From: an uncultured bacterium
GTDB lineage: Bacteria > Chloroflexota > UBA5177 > JANWHV01
Length of the DNA stretch: 64,000 bases
Direction: 5' to 3'
Assembly (NCBI GenBank): GCA_963827235.1
Contig: CAWHAE010000012.1
Span: forward strand, 864,001-928,000
Shown here in pieces: positions 52,853 through 61,404 of this stretch. The notes beneath the pieces were generated by a model. It was not told the origin of the DNA. It saw only the letters and a list, made by a program, of their open reading frames with translations, and searched no databases. Each line of letters begins with the position of its first letter. The stretch's first letter is position 1. Position numbers and translations under genes: made by a program.

Positions 52853-53090
52853 CAGCCTCCAGGCGCCGCTGGCAGGGGACGGGCCGGGTAGCCAGCGCGG
52901 TGGGTCGCGGGTGGCACGTTGGATACCGCGACTCTTGGCGGGAGGCATCCTGTGCCGCGCGCCTGCCACGCACACTCCCGACAAAGGCTATTCAGTGCCG
53001 ATGGCATTGCCCAACGAGCGGGGCGTGCCATGCAGTCGCCGGTAACATGACCATTGAGCGGCTTTCCTCACTGACCTGAGAAAACCGCTG

Positions 53091-53099
53091 TGGTACAAT
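53091..53099 (+). promoter_or_regulatory. Extended -10 TGGTACAAT upstream of htpX
   Basis: TGnTACAAT about 90 nt before ATG 53192, preceded by imperfect inverted repeat AGCGG.TTTCCTCA / TGAGAAAACCGCT. Confidence 0.55.
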
Positions 53100-53191
53100 C
53101 CGAATGAACCTGAAGCCGATCTTCGCTGGGGGACTCTCAGCCGGCTTTTCGACTAATGGCGCCTACCGGCGCGAAGAAGGACCAAACGACA

Positions 53192-54094
53192 ATGGCAGCG
53201 AAACGTTGGTATGGGCGAGATACACAGCTCACGCTAAGGATGGGCTTCACGCTCTTCCTGCTTGCGTTGCTGTACACCGTGTTTCTCGCAGTGTTATTTG
53301 TGGCTACCGGCAGCTTTGTCCTCCTCGTGTTCGTGGGTGCTGCGATGGTGCTGTTCCAGTACTTTGCCTCCGACAAGCTGGTGCTGCTCAGCACGGGCGC
53401 CCACGAGGTTACGCCGGCGCAGGAGCCCGAGCTCTATCGCATCATCACGCGGCTCTCGCAGCTGGCAGACTTGCCGACCCCGCGTGTGGCCGTCATGGAG
53501 ACCATGGTGCCCAACGCCTTCGCGACCGGGCGGAGCCCCAAACATGCCGTGATCGCCGTCACTCGCGGCATCACCCAGCTCCTCGATCCGCAGGAGCTGG
53601 AGAGCGTGCTGGCCCACGAGATGAGTCACATCAAGAATCGCGACATGATGGTGCTCACCTACGCCAGTCTGTTCGCCAGCGTGGCCTCGTTCATCGTGCA
53701 GATAGGTATGTGGACCGGCTTCGGCATGAACGACCGCGACGATCGGAACGGCAACTCGGCCGCCGTGGTCTTCCTCGTCTCGGCCCTCGTGTGGGCGATC
53801 AGCTTCTTCCTGCTGCGGGCCCTGTCGCGCTACCGCGAGTACTCGGCGGACCGCGGGTCGGTTCTGCTGACCGGCACGCCGGCCACCATGCGCTCGGCCC
53901 TGCTCAAAGTGAGCGGCACGATGCAGCGCATACCCAACGCTGACCTGCGCACTGCACAATCGATGAACGCCTTCTTCATCGTGCCGCAGGTCAAGAATGC
54001 CGCCGTGGAGGTATTCAGCACCCATCCGTCGCTCGAGCATCGCTTGGCGCGGCTCGAGGCGATGGAGCGGAACATGAACAAGCTGGGCCGGTAG
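53192..54094 (+). CDS. htpX: Zinc metalloprotease HtpX (M48)
   Basis: PNAFATGR, VLAHEMSH (HExxH), LSRYREYSADRG, FSTHP. Confidence 0.95.
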   Translation: MAAKRWYGRDTQLTLRMGFTLFLLALLYTVFLAVLFVATGSFVLLVFVGAAMVLFQYFASDKLVLLSTGAHEVTPAQEPELYRIITRLSQLADLPTPRVAVMETMVPNAFATGRSPKHAVIAVTRGITQLLDPQELESVLAHEMSHIKNRDMMVLTYASLFASVASFIVQIGMWTGFGMNDRDDRNGNSAAVVFLVSALVWAISFFLLRALSRYREYSADRGSVLLTGTPATMRSALLKVSGTMQRIPNADLRTAQSMNAFFIVPQVKNAAVEVFSTHPSLEHRLARLEAMERNMNKLGR

Positions 54095-54099
54095 CGCCC

Positions 54100-54672
54100 G
54101 TGAGCTTTCTCGACAAGCTTCTGGGTACGACCAAGCCCGTCGCCTCCAAGACCGAAGGGCTGTTCGCCATCTCGACTGCCGTGGTGACTATCCAGGTGTC
54201 GCTGCACCTGGAGCCGAGCAAGGAGGCGGCGATCTGTTTCGGGTCACTCGAGGCCCTGCGGTTCGAAGAGATGCAGCGGGACATCAAGGACCTGCTGGCC
54301 ATTCGAGCCAAGGACACCGGCGCCCAATCGCAGATGCGCTCGTTTTCCGACACGCTGGGATTCCAGTGGGCGATCATCCGGACCGAAGACTTCGAGGATC
54401 TCGTGACGACGATCCACATGGTGAGCGAAGAGCTGCGATCGCGCGGCTACAGCGATCGGCTATCTGCCGCCGTGTTCAAGTTCACCGGCGAGGGCCAGAA
54501 CGTCTACTGGATGTACAACTACAAGCGCGGCAAGTGGTATCCGTTCGTGCCGAAGGGCGAGGGCACGCGCGACAACGCCTACGAGCTTCGCCTCTCCACT
54601 CTGATGGGCGGCGAGATGCCAATCGAGAAGGAACTCGAATACTGGTATCCCATGTGGGGCATGCCGGTCTGA
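54100..54672 (+). CDS. PspA-associated protein PspAB
   Basis: MSFLDKLLG, LFAIS, DLVTTIHMV, YNYKRGKWYPFVP, RDNAYEL, WYPMWG; directly after htpX. Confidence 0.85.
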   Translation: MSFLDKLLGTTKPVASKTEGLFAISTAVVTIQVSLHLEPSKEAAICFGSLEALRFEEMQRDIKDLLAIRAKDTGAQSQMRSFSDTLGFQWAIIRTEDFEDLVTTIHMVSEELRSRGYSDRLSAAVFKFTGEGQNVYWMYNYKRGKWYPFVPKGEGTRDNAYELRLSTLMGGEMPIEKELEYWYPMWGMPV

Positions 54673-54695
54673 CCGCGCGCCGGGGGCGGGAAACA

Positions 54696-54731
54696 GAAGG
54701 GGGTGCTGCCCTTGACGGCAGCACCCCCTTC
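54696..54731. terminator. Bidirectional terminator hairpin between pspAB and pspAA
   Basis: 15-bp perfect stem GAAGGGGGTGCTGCC / GGCAGCACCCCCTTC between convergent genes. Confidence 0.85.
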
Positions 54732-54753
54732 GCGCTTCAAGCACGCGGAGCGG

Positions 54754-55032
54754 TTATCCCGGGATCAGCCCGTCCTCCTTCAGAGTGGCGACAATCTCTT
54801 CATACGTGAGGTCGCCGGGCGGGAGGATGGCATCAGAGGGCACGATCTCTTCGTCTCTCACCGGACTCCCCTGGGATTGCACGAACGCGATCATCTTGTA
54901 GAGCAGGCTGGTCACTGCCTGCTCGTCATGGCGCGTTACCGCGTCCTGCAGCTGCGTGTCCAGAGCATTGAGCCCATCAACCACCGCGCCCTGCAGCCGG
55001 TACTGGCCGCTGCCTTGCACTCGTACTATCAT
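54754..55032 (-). CDS. PspA-associated protein PspAA (copy 2)
   Basis: MIVRVQGSGQY...SDAILPP...DGLIPG. Confidence 0.85.
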   Translation of the reverse strand: MIVRVQGSGQYRLQGAVVDGLNALDTQLQDAVTRHDEQAVTSLLYKMIAFVQSQGSPVRDEEIVPSDAILPPGDLTYEEIVATLKEDGLIPG

Positions 55033-55203
55033 CGATGCTGTCCGCTTTCACTCTCCGTGGGACCTCGAAAGAAGGAGCTTCACCCGGTTGGGCTCATGGC
55101 AGATACGGTCCCCACGACACATGTCTCCGGGATTGCACGGCCGGAGCCCGACCAACCGCCATGCCGGGCCGACTCGCGCGAACTCGATGCCCGGCACGCT
55201 CGC

Positions 55204-55497
55204 TCACGAGGCCGGATGGCCCGAGCCAACGAGATCTTCACCTTCCAGCAGAGCTTGAACCTCTTCGATGGTGATCGTGTCATGCGGCAGCACCGCATCG
55301 GACGCCACGAGCTCGGCCAGTCCGACGGGAGTGCCTTTGTGCCGCACAAGGGCAATCATCTCGTCCAGAAGCCGGTGCGTCCCCACGTCGTCCCTGGCCT
55401 CGACCGCGGAATACAGGCTGCGGTCGAGATCGTGCAACGACTGTTCAGTGCTATCGGAGAGGATATATTGCCCGCTCCCCAGCACTCGCACGATCAT
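55204..55497 (-). CDS. PspA-associated protein PspAA (copy 1)
   Basis: MIVRVLGSGQY...SDAVLP; ATGA overlap with pspA. Confidence 0.85.
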   Translation of the reverse strand: MIVRVLGSGQYILSDSTEQSLHDLDRSLYSAVEARDDVGTHRLLDEMIALVRHKGTPVGLAELVASDAVLPHDTITIEEVQALLEGEDLVGSGHPAS

Positions 55498-56243
55498 TGG
55501 CCGTTTCCCGTGCTCTGGCCCAGTTGCTTTGGCGGTTCCGCGCCCTGACCCAGCTGGGCCTTGAGCGCGGCCAGCTCGACGTCGACACTGCTTCCAGCGG
55601 ATATCTGGTCGAGTTGCGCCTGCAGATCGTCTCCCGGGCCGAGCACGTCGGGCAGCGTACCGGCCGCAGTCAGCTCGCCAATCGCGTTGGCGCGCGCCTG
55701 CATTGCCGTCGTCTTGTCTTCAGCGCGCTGGATGGCCGCGTTGACATCGGCCATCTCCTCGGACAGTCCGCTGGCCGCCTCGCTGATTCTGACCTGGGCT
55801 TGGGCCGCGGTATACTGCGCCTTGATGGTCTCTTTTCGGGTCTTGAAGGACTCGATCTTTGCCGCCAGGCGCTGCTCGCCCTGCTGCAACTGCGCCTGCT
55901 GCGCTTCCAGCGTCTCGACCTGAGCCTGCATGCTCGTCACCTGTGTCTGCAGATCAGACTTCCGTTGCAGCGCCAGACGGGCCAGATCCTCGCGGTTGGC
56001 CGCCAGCGCCTGCCGTGCCTGGTTGTCGAACTTCGCGGAGTCCTGCTGGAGCTTGGTCAGCTGAAGTTGCAGGCGAGACTTCGCAGTGACCACGTCGGCT
56101 ATGCCGCGGCGCACTTTCTGGAGCTGTTCGATCTGCTGCTCGTAGGAGTAGTCGAGTGTTTCGTTCGGATTCTCGGCCGCATCGAGAGCGGAGTTCATCT
56201 TGGCCTTGAATATCGTCGAGATGCGGCCCAGCACGCCTGCCAT
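55494..56243 (-). CDS. pspA: PspA/IM30 family protein
   Basis: ENPNETLDYSY, QARQALAANREDLARLAL, KETIKAQYTAAQAQ, QARANAI coiled coil; AGGGAGG RBS. Confidence 0.95.
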   Translation of the reverse strand: MAGVLGRISTIFKAKMNSALDAAENPNETLDYSYEQQIEQLQKVRRGIADVVTAKSRLQLQLTKLQQDSAKFDNQARQALAANREDLARLALQRKSDLQTQVTSMQAQVETLEAQQAQLQQGEQRLAAKIESFKTRKETIKAQYTAAQAQVRISEAASGLSEEMADVNAAIQRAEDKTTAMQARANAIGELTAAGTLPDVLGPGDDLQAQLDQISAGSSVDVELAALKAQLGQGAEPPKQLGQSTGNGQ

Positions 56244-56327
56244 CAGAACCTCCCTGTTGACGCAAGTGACGTCATCACGCCGCGGGACGGCAGCCAAGAA
56301 TGCGTGGCGCCAGCCTGTGGCCTTCCT

Positions 56328-56355
56328 ACTATAACATTAGTCTACCGTCGGTAGA
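56328..56355 (-). promoter_or_regulatory. pspA promoter: extended -10 TGtTATAGT with a perfect palindrome TCTACCG-n-CGGTAGA in the spacer/-35 zone
   Basis: -10 at 56328-56333; palindrome at 56341-56355. Confidence 0.6.
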
Positions 56356-56596
56356 AGAGTGACACGTAGCGCTGCCGGAGAGGCAGGCACCGGCGCGGCG
56401 CCGGTATCCAGGCACGCCGGCGGCAGGTCTGGATGCGAAATGCGTCGATGGAGGCAGCGCCGGTCCGAGACTTGCCGGATATCGCGTGACGGTCTCAACT
56501 CGGGGCACAGAGAGCCTGCCGACGCGGACGAGGCCCCGACGGGGCTGCCTGCGCGCAGGCTCTCCGCGCTTCTGCACGGCAGGAACGTGACGGTGC

Positions 56597-56977
56597 TCAG
56601 TCGGTCGGCGCGGCTCCATCTGCCTCGATCCCGGCGTCGCGCCGGCCATCGAAGAACTCGATGTCGCGCTGCAGGAGATCGAGGCTGAATCGTTTCTGCC
56701 CGTCGTTTCCGATCCATTCGCGCGCTTCGAGCCGGCCACGCGACAGCACCCGACTGCCCTTCTGCAGCCGCTCGCCGATTAGCTCTGCCTGCTTGCCCAG
56801 CGCCGTGACGGAGATCCACATCGTGGTCTCGGCCTGCGCCGCGTCGCTGGCGCTCCGGTTGCGGCCGTTGACCGCCAGCCTGAAGCGGGCCCGAGGTGTG
56901 CCGTCCTGCAGGAACGAGATCTCAGGGTCGCTGCCGAGGTTACCGATGAACTGACAGCTGTTGCCAAGGTCTGCCAT
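56597..56977 (-). CDS. ssb: Single-stranded DNA-binding protein lacking the acidic DDIPF tail (SsbB-like)
   Basis: FIGNLGSDPE, FRLAVN, WISVTALGKQAE, LQKGSRV...GRLEAREW; ends GAAPTD. Confidence 0.9.
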   Translation of the reverse strand: MADLGNSCQFIGNLGSDPEISFLQDGTPRARFRLAVNGRNRSASDAAQAETTMWISVTALGKQAELIGERLQKGSRVLSRGRLEAREWIGNDGQKRFSLDLLQRDIEFFDGRRDAGIEADGAAPTD

Positions 56978-57077
56978 GGTGCATGCGGGCAATCGATGGA
57001 CTGCCCGGTTCCTCCCTTCATGTCGCTTACCTACGTGTGACGCTTCCCGATCGGGGAGTACGGCTGCCGACCTCTCT

Positions 57078-57106
57078 ATAGTAAAACATTTGTTCTAATA
57101 AAGCAA
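57078..57106 (-). promoter_or_regulatory. ssb promoter TTGCTT-N17-TACTAT with LexA box AGAACAAATGTTTT in the spacer
   Basis: -35 at 57101-57106, -10 at 57078-57083, box at 57083-57096. Confidence 0.75.
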
Positions 57107-57217
57107 GTGGTTTCTCCACCTCTGGTATGTTATGAACTGAGCACCACCCTTCAGCGCCGCGGCGATTGGGACGGATTACTGCCATCCGACCCGGCGGCGC
57201 CGTCTCGAGGAGGCGCC

Positions 57218-58261
57218 ATGGAAACCATGGATTCAATAGATAAGCTCATCGTCAATTCCCTTCAGGAAGAGTTTCCCCTCGTCTCGCGGCCATTCGCGGC
57301 CGCCGGCGCTCCGCACGGACTGTCCGAAGAGGAGGTCATTGCTCGTCTGTCGGCCGTTAAAGAGATGAACGTCATCCGCCAGATCAGCGCGATTTTCGAT
57401 ACGCGCACCCTGGGCTATCGCAGCAGCCTGGTAGCCATGCGCACGACCGCCGAGGACGAGCTGCATGCCGCGCACGTGCTGAACGAGCATCCAGGAGTCA
57501 GCCACAACTACAAGCGCGACCACGAGTTCAACCTGTGGTTCACGATTGCCGCTCCCGGTCACAGCTCGCTGGAGCGCACGGTGGAGGTGCTGCACGAGCG
57601 AGCCCGGGCCGTATCGACCCGCCGGCTGCCGACCCTACGCCTTTTCAAGATCGGCGTCACGCTGGACATGACAGGAGAGGAGAACCCAGCCCGCCAGTCG
57701 GAGCCTGCCTACGGCGAGTTTCGCCGGCCGGCCACGCCGCCGCCGCTCGACGAGACCGACATAGCCTGGATTCGCCTGCTGCAAGAGGATCTGCCTTTGA
57801 CGCCGCGTCCGTTTGAGCAACTCGCACACTCGATTGGGCGCCGCGAAGATGACCTGTTCGCCTGGGCGGCAGAAGCCATCCGGCGCGGGCAACTACGCCG
57901 CATCGCCGCGGTGCTGCATCACCGGAAAGCAGGATTCCGTGCCAACGGCATGGCGGTGTGGAAGGTGCCGGAGGACAGGATCGAAGCGGTGGGGAATCGC
58001 ATGGCGCACTTCACCTCGGTCAGCCACTGCTACCAGCGCCCAACCTACCCAGACTGGCCATACAGCGTATTCTCCATGATTCACGCGCGCACCGTGGACG
58101 AGTGTGAGGCGGTTGCCGGGGCGATTGCCCAGGAGACGGGGATCACCGAGCGCGCCATGCTGTACAGCTCGACTGAATACCGCAAGGTCCGCCTGCGCTA
58201 TTTCACGCCCGAGTTCGACCAGTGGGAGGCCAAATACCTCGCCGTGGCCGCGCCGGCCTAG
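57218..58261 (+). CDS. Fused siroheme decarboxylase AhbA-AhbB (NirDL-like, tandem Lrp/AsnC-like domains)
   Basis: FPLVSRPF, VSHNYKRDHEFNLWFT; second unit PLTPRPF, HHRKAGFRANGM, VSHCYQRP.YPDWPY; GGAGG RBS before ATG 57218. Confidence 0.9.
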   Translation: METMDSIDKLIVNSLQEEFPLVSRPFAAAGAPHGLSEEEVIARLSAVKEMNVIRQISAIFDTRTLGYRSSLVAMRTTAEDELHAAHVLNEHPGVSHNYKRDHEFNLWFTIAAPGHSSLERTVEVLHERARAVSTRRLPTLRLFKIGVTLDMTGEENPARQSEPAYGEFRRPATPPPLDETDIAWIRLLQEDLPLTPRPFEQLAHSIGRREDDLFAWAAEAIRRGQLRRIAAVLHHRKAGFRANGMAVWKVPEDRIEAVGNRMAHFTSVSHCYQRPTYPDWPYSVFSMIHARTVDECEAVAGAIAQETGITERAMLYSSTEYRKVRLRYFTPEFDQWEAKYLAVAAPA

Positions 58262-58277
58262 GCCCGGCCGATCTGCC

Positions 58278-58991
58278 CTAGCCGCCGCGCTCGACGGCAG
58301 CTACGGCAAGCACGGCCGCGTAGACGCGCCGAGCGCCGGATCGGCGCAATGCTTCCGCGGCTGCACGAAGCGTAGCACCCGTGGTGCACACGTCGTCCAC
58401 GAGAAGGAAGTCTTTGCCGGCGCAAGATGCCGCATCGGCCGCGAAGGCGCCCTGTATGTTGCGTGCCCGCTCCTCGGCGCTCAGACCGACCTGCGGCGGC
58501 GTGGGCTTGACGCGCCGCAGTACGGACTCCGCCGTCGGCATGTGGTATCCGGCGCCCACGGCTCGGGCAAGCAGAGCCGCCTGATTGTAGCCGCGTTGAC
58601 GCTGGCGACGGGGATGGAGCGGGACCGGCACGAGGATGGGGTTCATGGACACGAAGGGACCGACGGCCCTGTCGAGCACGCGGCCGAGATCGTGCTCTGC
58701 CGCCCTCCTGCCACCATACTTGAAGCGGTGGATGGCGGCGCGCAGCGGATTGTCATACGTGCCTGCCGCCCTGACATAGAGCAGGGCCTGGCGACGGCAC
58801 CTGCATACAGGATAGTCGGGATCGACCGTCATTCCGCAGCCCGGGCAGAGCGGATCGTCGAGGCGCGGCGTGGCAGCCAGACAGGCCGGACAGAAGAACG
58901 AGCCCAAGTCGCCGCAGCCGAGACAGCGAGGCGGAAACAGCAGGTCGGCCACGGCTTTCAGCGGACCCACCGGCGTCGCTCTCCCGATCAT
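58278..58991 (-). CDS. comF: ComF family competence protein (zinc ribbon + PRTase)
   Basis: LLFPPRCLGC, CPAC, CPGC, VPVPLH, RGYNQA, ERARNI, LLVDDVCTTGAT. Confidence 0.93.
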   Translation of the reverse strand: MIGRATPVGPLKAVADLLFPPRCLGCGDLGSFFCPACLAATPRLDDPLCPGCGMTVDPDYPVCRCRRQALLYVRAAGTYDNPLRAAIHRFKYGGRRAAEHDLGRVLDRAVGPFVSMNPILVPVPLHPRRQRQRGYNQAALLARAVGAGYHMPTAESVLRRVKPTPPQVGLSAEERARNIQGAFAADAASCAGKDFLLVDDVCTTGATLRAAAEALRRSGARRVYAAVLAVAAVERGG

Positions 58992-59038
58992 CGCATTACG
59001 CGGGCCCGCCCCGTCCCGGGTGGGCCCGCAGCCGATCG

Positions 59039-59395
59039 CTAGATATCCTCCAGCACGATCACGTCGCCCTCGACCGTGCCGGTACGCGCGGCCGTTCCGG
59101 CGGGCACCTCGATGGCCATCCGGCACTTGCGCACGAACGGTCCCAGCCGCCAGGGTTTGATGCCGTGCAGCACGCGAAGTACCTTGCCCTGCCCGTCCGT
59201 GTGCACGACGTCCAGCGCGAAGCGCATGAAGAACATGTGGATCGGCTCGCCGGACAGGATAACCATTCCGCCGCCCTCGGGCAGGCTCTTCCTCAACATG
59301 AGGCCCGCGAACTTGGCGAAGAAGCTCGATGCGACTTCGGCGTCCGTGGCAAGGCATGTCCCGCGCGTGCTGTTCACGATCTTCACGTGTGCCAT
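59039..59395 (-). CDS. DUF192 family protein
   Basis: ASSFFAKFAGLM, IHMFFMRFALDVV, IKPWR, IEVPAG. Confidence 0.9.
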   Translation of the reverse strand: MAHVKIVNSTRGTCLATDAEVASSFFAKFAGLMLRKSLPEGGGMVILSGEPIHMFFMRFALDVVHTDGQGKVLRVLHGIKPWRLGPFVRKCRMAIEVPAGTAARTGTVEGDVIVLEDI

Positions 59396-59659
59396 GCGCC
59401 GTCACCTACTCCCCGCGCTGCCGGGCCGGAGAATCCCGGAGAGGCGCGGCCACTGTCGAGCTCGCGCAGGAACACCCCTCCGTCACAACAACCTGTAGCA
59501 TAGCACGCCATCACCGCAACGCGACTTGTCTCCCGGCATACCGCCGCCTTTACCTGTATCCAGGGAGCGCGCATCCCCGATGTTGAGCATGCTCTCGACT
59601 CGGCCTTCGCCGCACAGGGGGGCATTGTCAATCCGACTGGGTTGTGCTACAAGTAATAC

Positions 59660-59935
59660 ATGACATCAGTTGGAGTTCGCGAGCTACGACAACGCGCGAG
59701 CGAACTGCTCAGGCTGGTCGCGCAGGGCGAGATCATCGAGATCACCGATCGCGGTCGGCCTGCAGCGCACCTCGTCCCGGTGCCGACCGGTACCGCCCTT
59801 GAGCAGATGCGTGCGGCCGGCGAGATTGACCCGGCCTCAGCGGATCTTGACGATCTTCCTGAGCCGCTGGTCTTGCCCGATGCTGTAGAGACGCCATCGG
59901 CTGCTCTCGCCCGGCTACGTCGTGACGAACGCTGA
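59660..59935 (+). CDS. vapB: Phd/YefM-type antitoxin
   Basis: SVGVRELRQRASELL, ITDRGRPAAHLVP; small palindrome TTGT-GCT-ACAA just upstream. Confidence 0.92.
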   Translation: MTSVGVRELRQRASELLRLVAQGEIIEITDRGRPAAHLVPVPTGTALEQMRAAGEIDPASADLDDLPEPLVLPDAVETPSAALARLRRDER

Positions 59936-59938
59936 GCG

Positions 59939-60331
59939 ATGGCGGCCACCTATCTGGACTCATCGGCCATTGTCAAGCTGGCCGTTCGCGAGCCACAGTC
60001 CGACGCCCTGCGGCGGTACTTGCGTCACCGGCGCCCGCTGTTATCAAGCGCGCTGGCGCGCACGGAGGTGCTACGGGCCCTGCTGCCGGGCGGAGAGTCG
60101 GCCGTGGCCGCCGGTCGGCGTGTACTCGAGCGGATTGATCTGGTACGAGTGAACGACCGAATACTGAATCTGGCCGGCTCACTGCCGCCGGTTGAACTGC
60201 GATCCCTGGACGCCATCCACCTGGCCACCGTCACACACCTTGGCGCCGAGCTGAGAGAGATCGTCACCTACGACGAACGAATGGTGGCAGCCGCACGCTC
60301 GATGGGCCTCAAGACTGCCACGCCGAGCTGA
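59939..60331 (+). CDS. vapC: PIN-domain toxin
   Basis: YLDSSAIVKL, ARTEV, LRSLDAIHLA, VTYDERM. Confidence 0.93.
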   Translation: MAATYLDSSAIVKLAVREPQSDALRRYLRHRRPLLSSALARTEVLRALLPGGESAVAAGRRVLERIDLVRVNDRILNLAGSLPPVELRSLDAIHLATVTHLGAELREIVTYDERMVAAARSMGLKTATPS

Positions 60332-60391
60332 TCCGCGCTATCCCCGCACACAAGAACTGCGTGGTGGCGTCCAGAGAAGTTCGGTCTCTCA

Positions 60392-60437
60392 GCGCCAATT
60401 ACTCTTGCACCTGCGCCAATGACTCTGTCGTCCTACA
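60392..60437 (-). mobile_element. Possible orphan DDE-transposon end (TGT terminus plus two spaced transposase-binding-like repeats)
   Basis: Minus strand TGTAGGAC-GACAGAGTCATTGGCGC-aggt-GCAAGAGTAATTGGCGC; 14-bp repeats at 60392-60405 and 60413-60426 with 21-bp period. Confidence 0.45.
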
Positions 60438-60450
60438 CAGAACAGGCTGC

Positions 60451-61401
60451 TTACAGCGAGTTCATGATGCTTGGCACGACCGGGCCGAGAATGACCACGA
60501 AGATCGACGGGAAGATGAAGATCGCCATGGGGAACAGCATCTTGAGCGGCGCTTTCTGCGCCTGCTCCTCCGCCCGCTGCCGCCTGCGCATACGCATCTG
60601 CTCGGACTGGATGCGGAGCACATTGGCAATGCTCACGCCGAGCTGATCCGCCTGTATGATGGCGGTGACGAACTGCGACAAGTCGGGCACGCCCGTTCGC
60701 CAGTTGATGTTCCTCAGCGCTTCTCTCCTCGACTTGCCCAGTCTCAGCTCGACCAGATAACGCTCAAACTCGAAGGCGAGGTCATCCTTGGCCTTTGTCG
60801 CCACGCGCTGGCAGGCGGCGTCGAATCCGAGGCCAGCCTCCACGCTGATCGCGATGATGTCGATGGTGTCCGGCAGGGCACGCGAGATACGCTTTCTCCG
60901 CCGTTGCACTTCGTCGCGAATCCACATGTCGGGGAAGAAGAAGCCGATCACCAGCGCTGCGACGCCCCACATCAGCGCCGACACCGGTACTTGAGGCGGA
61001 TACGGAACGACGCCCGGCCAGATATTGCAGTACATGAAGCCCGTCATCAACACGGCAAAGGCGACAGACACTACGCCCTTCAGCCCGTAGAAACCCTCCA
61101 CGTTGATGCCCCGCGGATTGCCGGCGTGGGCCAGCCGCTGCTCGGTCTTCTCCAGCGTGTTGCCGGGAGAGATGCGCCTGGTAACCTTAGCAATCTGGTT
61201 CGTCAACGGGATGAGCACGCGATCGCGGAAGGGTCGCGCCAGCTCGAGATCCTCGAGAGGCGTGCTGGACTGCGAGAGCTGGTCCGGCGCGTAGGTCGCC
61301 AGTCGCTCCCGGATCGCGCCATCGTTCGAGTCACGGATGCCGAAAAAGATGAGCAGCACGGCAACGGCTGCCAGCGCGGCTGCCAGGACGGTCAGCATCA
61401 T
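60451..61401 (-). CDS. tadC: Tad pilus assembly protein TadC
   Basis: LPDTIDIIAISVEAGLGFD, QADQLGVSI, RRQRAEEQAQKAPLKMLFP. Confidence 0.93.
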   Translation of the reverse strand: MMLTVLAAALAAVAVLLIFFGIRDSNDGAIRERLATYAPDQLSQSSTPLEDLELARPFRDRVLIPLTNQIAKVTRRISPGNTLEKTEQRLAHAGNPRGINVEGFYGLKGVVSVAFAVLMTGFMYCNIWPGVVPYPPQVPVSALMWGVAALVIGFFFPDMWIRDEVQRRRKRISRALPDTIDIIAISVEAGLGFDAACQRVATKAKDDLAFEFERYLVELRLGKSRREALRNINWRTGVPDLSQFVTAIIQADQLGVSIANVLRIQSEQMRMRRRQRAEEQAQKAPLKMLFPMAIFIFPSIFVVILGPVVPSIMNSL

Positions 61402-61404
61402 GGT

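Noticed and set aside
53053-53075. HspR (HAIR) or CIRCE operator before htpX
   Set aside because: Spacing and right arm do not fit either consensus
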